DNA from: Gammaproteobacteria bacterium
Lineage (GTDB): Bacteria > Pseudomonadota > Gammaproteobacteria > GCA-001735895
Assembly (NCBI GenBank): GCA_050118655.1
Contig: JASFKL010000001.1
Location: 186 to 64,185 of the forward strand
Direction: 5' to 3'
Length of the DNA: 64,000 nucleotides
Positions 57,248-64,000 of the stretch are shown here, one piece after another. Within the stretch, counting starts at the first letter, position 1, and every line of letters begins with the position of its first letter. A program made the translations under genes and the position numbers. The notes below the pieces were generated by a model. That model searched no databases and was not told the DNA's origin. It saw only the letters and a program-made list of their open reading frames with translations.

Positions 57248-58279
57248 ATGCTTACGGTGTTTAGCGAAAAACACGCCCTGCGCGACGCCAAAACCGAACT
57301 CTACGGCGGCAAACTGGTGCCCCCGTTCGAATGCCCGGTGCGCGCCGAGCACGTACTCGATCGCGTGCGCGAGGTCGGGCTCGGCGAAATCCTTGCGCCG
57401 CGGGAATTCGGCATCGAGGCCGTGACTCGCGTGCACGATGCCGACTTCGTGCGTTTCCTCGAGACTTGCTGGAAGGAATGGACCGCGCTGGGTTACGACG
57501 GCGAGGCGATCGCCAACTGCTGGCCGGCGCGCGGCATGCATCTGGATCGGGTACCGCGGCATATCGAGGGTAAGCTCGGACATTATGCGATGGCCGCGGA
57601 AACCTCGATATCCAGCGGCACCTGGGAAGCGGCGCGCGCCAGCGTCGACGTCGCTTTGACCGCGCAGGCGGCGATACGGGACGGCGCCAGGGAAGCCTTT
57701 GCCCTGTGCCGGCCGCCGGGTCACCACGCGGCGGAGGATATGTTCGGCGGTTACTGCTTCATCAACAATGCCGCGGTTGCCTCGCAGGCATTCCTCGACC
57801 AGGGGGCCTCGAGGATCGCATTGCTCGACGTCGACTTTCACCACGGCAACGGCAGCCAGGCGATTTTTTATCAGCGCGACGACGTCATGTTCCTGTCGCT
57901 GCACGGCCACCCCGAAGATGCTTTCCCGCACTTCCTCGGTTACGCGGACGAAACCGGCGCCGGCGCCGGTGAGGGTTATAATCATAATTACCCGATGGGT
58001 CCGGGTACCAATTTCAGGACCTGGGGCAGCGCGCTCGACGACGCTTGCAAAAAAATCGCCGCCTATGCGCCCGATGCATTGCTGGTCTCGCTCGGTGTCG
58101 ACACTTTCGAGCACGACCCGATATCCTTTTTCAAGCTGACCAGCGACGACTTCAAGCGCTACGGAGCAACCCTCGGCCGGCTCGGTCTGCCGACACTGTT
58201 TTTGATGGAAGGCGGTTACGCGGTCGAGGAAATCGGCGTCAACGCGGTCAACGTGCTCGAAGGCTACGAGGGCCGGTGA
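57248..58279 (+). CDS. Histone-deacetylase-family amidohydrolase (acetylpolyamine amidohydrolase-like)
   Basis: RPPGHHA...GYCFINNAAV...LDVDFHHGNGSQ...EGGY are the zinc deacetylase motifs. The gene starts 2 nt after the amidase stop. Confidence 0.88.
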   Translation: MLTVFSEKHALRDAKTELYGGKLVPPFECPVRAEHVLDRVREVGLGEILAPREFGIEAVTRVHDADFVRFLETCWKEWTALGYDGEAIANCWPARGMHLDRVPRHIEGKLGHYAMAAETSISSGTWEAARASVDVALTAQAAIRDGAREAFALCRPPGHHAAEDMFGGYCFINNAAVASQAFLDQGASRIALLDVDFHHGNGSQAIFYQRDDVMFLSLHGHPEDAFPHFLGYADETGAGAGEGYNHNYPMGPGTNFRTWGSALDDACKKIAAYAPDALLVSLGVDTFEHDPISFFKLTSDDFKRYGATLGRLGLPTLFLMEGGYAVEEIGVNAVNVLEGYEGR

Positions 58280-58340
58280 CCGGCGGCGCCTTTCGCCGAC
58301 TTACCGACCGCGCCTTTCCCGCGGTCGCGATACCCGGGGT

Positions 58341-59303
58341 ATGAAAAGCCTCGCCCTGCTCAGTCCCAATACTCGCGGCGTGCTCTGCCTGGTCGTCGCA
58401 ATCGCCTGCCTGACGGTCAGCGACGCGATCATCAAGTGGCTCAGTCCGGAGCTGGCACTGCACCAGATCACCCTGCTGCGCTCGTTAATCGCGCTGTTGC
58501 TGGTATTTCTGATCGCGTATCTCGAAGGTGGATGGCATACCCTGAAGACCCGCCGCCCGGTACTGCATTTCATCCGCGGATCGCTGCTGGTGCTGGCCAA
58601 CATGTTCTTTTTCACCGCCCTCGCGGCCCTGCCTTTGGCGGAAACCGTGACCCTGTTTTACACCGCGCCGCTGTTCATCTGCCTGCTGTCCTGGCCGGTA
58701 CTCGGCGAACGCGTCGGCGCATCGCGCTGGATCGCGATCGCGGCCGGAATGGCCGGGGTGGTGATCATGATGCGCCCGGGAGCCGAACTGTTTCGCTATA
58801 CCAGCCTGTTGCCGGTGCTGGCGGCACTCAGTTACGCGGCGATGACGATGCTGACGCGCAAGCTCGGGCTGCGAGAAACCGCGGGGGCGCTGACTTTTTA
58901 CATCCAGCTCGCGTTCATCTTCGTCAGCGCCGCGGCGGGGATTTTGATCGGCGACGGCGAATACGATATCTACGCAAACCCGTCGCTGCAATTCCTGCTG
59001 CGCGAGTGGCGCTGGCCCGACGCGACGCAACTGCAGCTGATCGCTGCCTGCGGAGTCATCGTCGCCTTCGGGGGCTACCTGATTTCACAGGCCTATCGGA
59101 TCGGCGAAGCCTCCGCCGTGGCGCCGTTCGAATACGCCTCGCTGCCGTTCGCGCTGCTGGTCGGCTATTACCTGTGGGCGGACTGGCCCGAGCCGCGCGC
59201 CTTTCTCGGCACCGGCCTGATCATCGGCAGCGGCCTGGTGGTCGTCTATCTCGACAACCGCGCATGGCGAAAATCGATGCGCCCGGCACAAATCGACTTT
59301 TAA
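58341..59303 (+). CDS. DMT-superfamily (EamA-type) transporter
   Basis: About ten hydrophobic helices with the duplicated EamA pattern. Confidence 0.8.
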   Translation: MKSLALLSPNTRGVLCLVVAIACLTVSDAIIKWLSPELALHQITLLRSLIALLLVFLIAYLEGGWHTLKTRRPVLHFIRGSLLVLANMFFFTALAALPLAETVTLFYTAPLFICLLSWPVLGERVGASRWIAIAAGMAGVVIMMRPGAELFRYTSLLPVLAALSYAAMTMLTRKLGLRETAGALTFYIQLAFIFVSAAAGILIGDGEYDIYANPSLQFLLREWRWPDATQLQLIAACGVIVAFGGYLISQAYRIGEASAVAPFEYASLPFALLVGYYLWADWPEPRAFLGTGLIIGSGLVVVYLDNRAWRKSMRPAQIDF

Positions 59304-59394
59304 CTTGTCCAACGTCAATGCTTACCGCGATCCGTAGCGCGATACTCGGATCGTTAAACCTTTCAAGTCAAATGCCAGTCCAACGGAGAAATTG

Positions 59395-59727
59395 ATGACC
59401 GACGAAGCCCGATTCAGACAGACCCTGCTCGATATGAAAAACGATCTGACCCGGCGTATAGACTCGATCGACAAGACCATTCGCCACGAGGGCATGTCCG
59501 CGGACTGGAGCGAACAGGCCAGCGAACGCGAAAACGACGAAGTCCTCGAGTCGCTGGGCAGCAATTCGGAAAAGGAATTGCAGATGATCAAATACGCGCT
59601 GAAACGAATCGAGGACGGCAGCTATTTCCTCTGCGACCGCTGCGGCGCGAAAATTCCCGAAGCCAGGCTGGAGCTGCTGCCTTTCACGCCTTACTGCGTC
59701 GACTGCGCCGAGAAAATCGAACCCTGA
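59395..59727 (+). CDS. DksA/TraR-family C4 zinc-finger protein
   Basis: The C-terminal zinc finger is CDRCGAKIPEARLELLPFTPYCVDCAEK. ATG at 59395 with RBS GGAGA. Confidence 0.75.
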   Translation: MTDEARFRQTLLDMKNDLTRRIDSIDKTIRHEGMSADWSEQASERENDEVLESLGSNSEKELQMIKYALKRIEDGSYFLCDRCGAKIPEARLELLPFTPYCVDCAEKIEP

Positions 59728-59737
59728 GAAACTTATC

Positions 59738-59977
59738 ATGTTGACCGACAAGCACGATTTACTGCACGAGTTCCCCGAGTACAAGGACAAAATTCACGAT
59801 CTCAAGCTGAGCGACTCGCATTTCGCCAGGCTTTTCGACGAGTACCACGACCTCGACCACGAGGTGCATCGCATCGAGACCGGGGTCGAGAATACGTCCG
59901 ACGAATATCTCGAGGGACGCAAACTGCGCCGTCTGCACCTCAAGGACGAACTCTACCGGATAATCCGGGAAGACTGA
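59738..59977 (+). CDS. DUF465 (YdcH-like) small protein
   Basis: HDLLHEFPEYKDKIHDLKLSDSHFARLFDEYHDLDHEVHRIE is typical of YdcH-like proteins. Confidence 0.7.
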   Translation: MLTDKHDLLHEFPEYKDKIHDLKLSDSHFARLFDEYHDLDHEVHRIETGVENTSDEYLEGRKLRRLHLKDELYRIIRED

Positions 59978-60026
59978 CCTGCATACTGCCGGGTCATACC
60001 GGAGAACGGGGTAAAACGGCGTTCGC

Positions 60027-60046
60027 CCGGCCCAGCCACGGGCCGG
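60027..60046. terminator. GC hairpin between convergent DUF465 and cupin genes
   Basis: ccggccc-agccac-gggccgg forms a 7-bp stem. There is no U-tract. Confidence 0.3.
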
Positions 60047-60090
60047 CAGCCTCGACTATGTCGGAAGCCGGGGCCCGGGCGGCAGGCCGG

Positions 60091-60447
60091 CTAATCGACG
60101 GACTTGCTGTCCGGCAGGTAGCAGACGACGATACAGCCGTTCTCGCTATAGGTCGTATGCTGGGTTCCGGATTTCAGCCACACCAGGTCGCCGGGGCGGT
60201 AAACCGTGCCGTCGTTATCCCTGGCATCGCCCCTGATCACGTAGAACTCCTCGGCGCCGAGATGCTCGTGCGGCAGCGTGGTGTATCCGGGGTCCATCTT
60301 GTAAAGGTGAAAACCCGTGCCCGGCGGCTTGCTCTTGTCGAGTTGCATGACATAACCGTCATGCTGGCCGCGATCGTTGACGAAGGGCTCGAATTCGTCC
60401 TCGTCGATATTGGCGATCAAACGCTCGCCTTCGGCGACTGCTTTCAT
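60091..60447 (-). CDS. Cupin-domain protein
   Basis: GYTTLPHEHLGAEEFYVIRG...GDLVWLKSGTQHT carries the two-motif cupin signature. Confidence 0.7.
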   Translation of the reverse strand: MKAVAEGERLIANIDEDEFEPFVNDRGQHDGYVMQLDKSKPPGTGFHLYKMDPGYTTLPHEHLGAEEFYVIRGDARDNDGTVYRPGDLVWLKSGTQHTTYSENGCIVVCYLPDSKSVD

Positions 60448-60457
60448 ACTGCATACC

Positions 60458-60877
60458 TCATTTTTCGGATTCGGGTATTACGGCGATCACATCGATCTCC
60501 ATCAGCCATTCGGGCTGGCCGAGACCGGCGACTACGAGTCCCGTGGATATCGGGAAAACTCCCTTGAGCCACTTGCCGACCTCCTGGTATACCGGTTCGC
60601 GATAACGCGGATCGGTGATATAGGTCGTGGTCTTGACGACGTGACCGAGCTCGCTGCCACATTCGGTAAGCAGCTGGCTGACGTTTTTCATCGCCTGCTC
60701 GGCCTGCGCGCGGGGATCTCCGAGGCCCACCAGCTTACCGTCGAAGTCGGTACCCACCTGGCCGCGCAGATAGACCGTGTTGCCGGCGACTACCGCCTGG
60801 CAAAGGTCGTTGTCGAGCGACTGGTTCGGATAGGTATCCCGCGTGTTGAACATGCGGATGCGTTTGTGAGTCGGCAT
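60458..60877 (-). CDS. RidA/YjgF-family enamine/imine deaminase-like protein
   Basis: VYLRGQVG...AEQAMKNVSQLL...VVKTTTYI...EIDVIA. The start was moved to the ATG at 60877 with RBS GGAG; the track's 97-aa extension was rejected. Confidence 0.85.
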   Translation of the reverse strand: MPTHKRIRMFNTRDTYPNQSLDNDLCQAVVAGNTVYLRGQVGTDFDGKLVGLGDPRAQAEQAMKNVSQLLTECGSELGHVVKTTTYITDPRYREPVYQEVGKWLKGVFPISTGLVVAGLGQPEWLMEIDVIAVIPESEK

Positions 60878-61113
60878 CGAGTCTCCGGACGGGAGGCTGA
60901 CGACGGACAGCCGCCGACTGCGCCTCCGGTTAACATGACTGTTTTCGAAACCTGGAATTCTAAAGCAAATCCCGGATTCGCGCAGCTTTCGATCGCGCAC
61001 CGACAAGACGCGATAGACGAAAACAAAAGGCCCTGCCCCCGAATCGGCGCGGATGAATTCGACCGTCGCCATGTTATCCTTCGTTATTACGGTCCTGGTA
61101 ACGAGGAATTGAA

Positions 61114-61785
61114 ATGACCCTGTCCATCGCCGCGTGGGACGAACGGAGCGGCCAGCTCGGCGCGGCAATCGCCTCGTCGAGCATCAGCGTCGCCGCGCGC
61201 TGCCTGCACTGGCGCTCCGGCGTCGGCATCGCGCTGAGCCAGAATATCACCGACCCGAGGCTCGGCCCGCGCCTGCTCGCGCTGCTCGCCGACGGCGTCG
61301 ATGCGAATGCCGCGATGGACGCCGTCAGGCACAGCACGCCCCATATCGCCTATCGACAGCTCGGCCTCGTCGACAATACTGGAAATACCAGCCGGTTCAC
61401 GGGTGACGCGGTACTCGGCTGCTTCGCTTCGGGCGAGGGCAGGCACTGCGTGGCCGTCGGCAACCTGCTCGAAAACGACGGCGTTCCCGCGGCCATGATC
61501 CGCGCCTTCGAACAGGCTTCGGGTTCCCTCGGCGCGCGCCTGCTCGAAGCGCTGCGAGCCGGTGCCGAGGCCGGCGGAGAAGCGGGTCCTCTGCACTCGG
61601 CGGGACTGCTCCTCGGCGGCGAACCGAGCTGGCCGCTGGCGGAACTGCGCATCGACTGGAGCCCGGACCCGATCGCCGCCATAGTCGAGGGATGGGCGGT
61701 CTACGAACCGCAAATCGACGACTATGTGCTGCGCGCCTACAACCCCGTCGAGGCACCGTCTTACGGTGTACCGGGGGACCCTTAA
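61114..61785 (+). CDS. DUF1028-family protein (Ntn-hydrolase-like fold by recollection)
   Basis: MTLSIAAWDERSGQLGAAIASSSISVAARCLHWRSGVGIALSQN matches the N-terminal pattern of DUF1028 as I recall it. The stop abuts the next ATG (TAAATG). Confidence 0.65.
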   Translation: MTLSIAAWDERSGQLGAAIASSSISVAARCLHWRSGVGIALSQNITDPRLGPRLLALLADGVDANAAMDAVRHSTPHIAYRQLGLVDNTGNTSRFTGDAVLGCFASGEGRHCVAVGNLLENDGVPAAMIRAFEQASGSLGARLLEALRAGAEAGGEAGPLHSAGLLLGGEPSWPLAELRIDWSPDPIAAIVEGWAVYEPQIDDYVLRAYNPVEAPSYGVPGDP

Positions 61786-62949
61786 ATGAACAGCCAGGAA
61801 ATTCTCGCGCGCCTGGTCGCCTTCGATACCACGAGCACGAAATCGAATCTGGAGTTGATCGACTTCGTGCGCAACCTGCTCGACGACCACGGCATCGAAT
61901 CGCAACTGGTACACAACGACGAGCAAACCTGCGCCAACCTCTATGCCACCATCGGTCCCGACGACCGCGGCGGGATCATGCTCTCCGGTCATACAGACGT
62001 CGTGCCGACCGCCGGACAGGACTGGCACAGCGATCCCTATCGGATGAAAACCGGCGACGATCGACTCTTCGGACGCGGTTGCTGCGATATGAAAGGCTTT
62101 ATCGCCTGCACGCTCGCGGCCCTGCCCCGCCTCGCGGCCGAACCGCTGCAGACGCCCGTGCACCTCGCGTTTTCCTATGACGAGGAAATCGGCTGCGTCG
62201 GCGCCAGGCGCCTGGCCGCGGCGATGTCGGGTTTCGAGGTCAGACCGCGGCTGGGATTGATCGGCGAACCCACCGGCATGAAACTGGTGCTCGGCCACAA
62301 GGGCAAGGTTTCCTATCGCGTCACGGTCGGCGGCCTGTCCTGCCATTCGGCCTATATCGACCAGGGCGTCAACGCGGTCGAATACGCAGCCGAACTGATC
62401 GCCTTTATTCGCTCCATGAACGAGCGGGCAAGCGAACTCCTCCGCGACCCGTCCTACTCGGTACCCCATACGACCTTCCACGTCGGCAACATCATCGGCG
62501 GCACGGCGCTCAATATCGTCCCCAGACAATGCAGCTTCGAATTCGAAATCCGCAACCTGCCGCAACAGGACCTCGAATCGCTGGTCCACGAAATCCGCCA
62601 TTATGCCGACGATACGCTGTTGCCGGACATGCAGTCGCGTTATCCCGAAAGCCGTATCGACTTCGAGGAAATCGCTTCCTACCCGGGCCTGCACACCGAC
62701 CCGACCGCCGCCATCATCGGCTACACCAGCGCCATCAACCCGGTTGCCGAGATCGGCGATAACGTAAGCTTCGGTACCGAGGCCGGGCTGTTCGACGGCA
62801 TCGGCGTGGAGTGCCTGGTCTGCGGTCCGGGCAGTATCGAGCAAGCGCACAAGCCCGACGAGTTCGTCAGCCGCGAGCAATTGCAGCATTGCGACCGCAT
62901 GCTGGAAAATCTTGCGCAACGCTGTCGCGAAACGGCAGAATTCGATTAA
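61786..62949 (+). CDS. M20-family metallo-deacylase (acetylornithine deacetylase ArgE-like)
   Basis: LVAFDTTS...MLSGHTDVVP...DPYRMKTGDDRLFGRGCCDMKGFIA...EEIGCVG...GTEAG...GPGSIEQAHKPDEF. Confidence 0.85.
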   Translation: MNSQEILARLVAFDTTSTKSNLELIDFVRNLLDDHGIESQLVHNDEQTCANLYATIGPDDRGGIMLSGHTDVVPTAGQDWHSDPYRMKTGDDRLFGRGCCDMKGFIACTLAALPRLAAEPLQTPVHLAFSYDEEIGCVGARRLAAAMSGFEVRPRLGLIGEPTGMKLVLGHKGKVSYRVTVGGLSCHSAYIDQGVNAVEYAAELIAFIRSMNERASELLRDPSYSVPHTTFHVGNIIGGTALNIVPRQCSFEFEIRNLPQQDLESLVHEIRHYADDTLLPDMQSRYPESRIDFEEIASYPGLHTDPTAAIIGYTSAINPVAEIGDNVSFGTEAGLFDGIGVECLVCGPGSIEQAHKPDEFVSREQLQHCDRMLENLAQRCRETAEFD

Positions 62950-62971
62950 ATCCGCAGATTAAAAAGGTCCC

Positions 62972-63445
62972 ATGCCGACAGACACCGACAAGCTTTGTAT
63001 CGGATGGCGCGAATGGGTCGCGCTGCCCGATCTTAACCTGCCCGCGATCAAGGCCAAGGTCGATACCGGCGCGCGCACCTCGGCACTGCACGCCTTCCTG
63101 ATCGAACCCTACACGCGCGACGGCACCGACATGCTGCGCTTCATGATTCACCCGATACAGCGAAACCAGGAGCTGGCCATCGAATGCCATTGCCCGGTTT
63201 TCGACTACCGCGAGGTAACGGATTCCGGCGGCCATCGCGAGATGCGCTACGTAATCCAGAGCCTGATCGAAATCGGCGGCCGGCAATGGCCCATTGAACT
63301 CACCCTGACCAACCGTGATACAATGCGCTTTCGCATGCTGCTGGGGCGGCGCGCCATGGAAGACCGTTTCATCGTCGATCCGGGCGCGTCTTACGTCAAT
63401 GGCAGATTGAGACCCCGCCAACTCTACGGGATCCACCAAGGATAA
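62972..63445 (+). CDS. rimB: Retropepsin-like aspartic protease associated with RimK (RimB / ATP-dependent zinc protease family)
   Basis: [33 protein letters not shown] contains the D-T-G motif. The gene ends 4 nt before rimK. Confidence 0.65.
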   Translation: MPTDTDKLCIGWREWVALPDLNLPAIKAKVDTGARTSALHAFLIEPYTRDGTDMLRFMIHPIQRNQELAIECHCPVFDYREVTDSGGHREMRYVIQSLIEIGGRQWPIELTLTNRDTMRFRMLLGRRAMEDRFIVDPGASYVNGRLRPRQLYGIHQG

Positions 63446-63449
63446 CTGC

Positions 63450-64000
63450 ATGAAAATCGCCCTCCTCTCGCGCAACCGGAAGCTTTATTCCTCTCGTCGG
63501 ATCATCGAGGCCGCCGAAGAGCACGGGCACGAAATCGTCGTCATCGACGTGCTGCGCGCCTACATGAATATCGCCGCGCACAAGCCGTCGATCCATTACA
63601 AGGGCGAAGCTCTCGAAGGTTTCGATGCCGTGATACCCCGTATCGGTGCCTCGGTAACCAGCTACGGTACCGCGGTTCTGCGGCAGTTCGAAATGATGGG
63701 CGTGGTGTCGCTCAACGAATCCGTGGCGATTACCCGCTCGCGCGACAAGCTGCGCTCGCTGCAGCTGCTGTCGCGCCGCGGCATCGGCATGCCGCTGACC
63801 GGTTATGCCAATAAACCCGACGATATCAAGGACGTGATCGAGATGGTCGGCGGCGCGCCCGTGGTGATCAAGCTGCTGCAGGGCACCCAGGGTATCGGCG
63901 TGGTGCTCGCGGAAACGCGCAAGGCCGCCGAAAGCGTGATCGAGGGTTTCATGGGCGTCAAGGCCGACATCCTGATCCAGGAATTCATCAAGGAGGCCGG
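63450..64000 (+). CDS. rimK: Ribosomal protein S6 L-glutamate ligase RimK (ATP-grasp), 5' part, runs off the window end
   Basis: My own translation gives [41 protein letters not shown]...[20 protein letters not shown]...[18 protein letters not shown]. It is not in the ORF track because there is no stop in the window. Confidence 0.9.
   Translation, partial: MKIALLSRNRKLYSSRRIIEAAEEHGHEIVVIDVLRAYMNIAAHKPSIHYKGEALEGFDAVIPRIGASVTSYGTAVLRQFEMMGVVSLNESVAITRSRDKLRSLQLLSRRGIGMPLTGYANKPDDIKDVIEMVGGAPVVIKLLQGTQGIGVVLAETRKAAESVIEGFMGVKADILIQEFIKEA

Noticed and set aside
61087-62919. 610-aa ORF antisense to both DUF1028 and the M20 deacylase
   Set aside because: Its length is explained by the two sense genes being contiguous in one frame (TAAATG junction), so the stop-poor antisense frame runs through both. 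The translation is low-complexity (Arg/Ala/Gly/Asp) with no motif.
1-64000. CRISPR arrays, rRNA genes, transposases, toxin-antitoxin pairs and recognisable phage-defence genes
   Set aside because: Reading both strands, I found no repeat-spacer arrays, no rRNA-like sequence, and no nuclease, helicase or ATPase gene sets of defence-island type. By eye I cannot exclude small or highly divergent elements.

Overview
The window is a GC-rich (about 60%) gammaproteobacterial chromosome segment. No rRNA, CRISPR array, transposase, integrase or phage gene was seen. Most of it is a housekeeping backbone in the gene order I recall from Pseudomonas and related gammaproteobacteria:
- rnhA-dnaQ and mltD
- fabI, ppiD and hupB-lon-clpX-clpP-tig
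- cysS, a cyclophilin and lpxH
- metZ-purF-cvpA-dedD-folC-accD-trpF-truA-fimV-asd-leuBDC with a divergent LysR regulator
- six tRNA genes in two clusters, Val-Asp and Pro-Arg-His-Leu

Two stretches look accessory.

1. 4.6-14.1 kb is a signalling island between mltD and avtA. Its core is a tight four-gene operon: a CHASE2 Ser/Thr kinase, a PP2C phosphatase, a tandem-FHA protein and a CHASE2 class III nucleotide cyclase. Next to it lie a GAF/HD-GYP phosphodiesterase and a protein with two cNMP-binding domains plus a rhodanese domain. This is my best candidate for an undescribed system: two paralogous extracytoplasmic sensors that write phospho-Thr and a cyclic nucleotide in one unit, with eraser and reader genes alongside.

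2. 48.2-64 kb is a mixed accessory and catabolic region. It holds:
- a proline-racemase homologue with both catalytic Cys positions replaced
- a roughly 475-aa protein in which I recognise no domain
- a divergent cluster of FAD-oxidoreductase-gcdH-CoA-transferase against amidase-HDAC-like amidohydrolase-DMT transporter
- a DUF1028-M20 deacylase-rimB-rimK operon

Non-coding oddities:
- a roughly 380-nt hairpin-rich GC-rich tract downstream of dnaQ
- a 341-nt spacer inside the tRNA operon carrying a perfect 22-bp inverted repeat
- tRNA-Val/Asp starting 21 nt after the hupB stop
- an abrupt low-GC patch inside the PP2C gene

All calls rest on reading the supplied translations and sequence by eye. 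No database search was run. Several start codons in the ORF track were moved to internal ATG/GTG codons that I checked in the nucleotide sequence.
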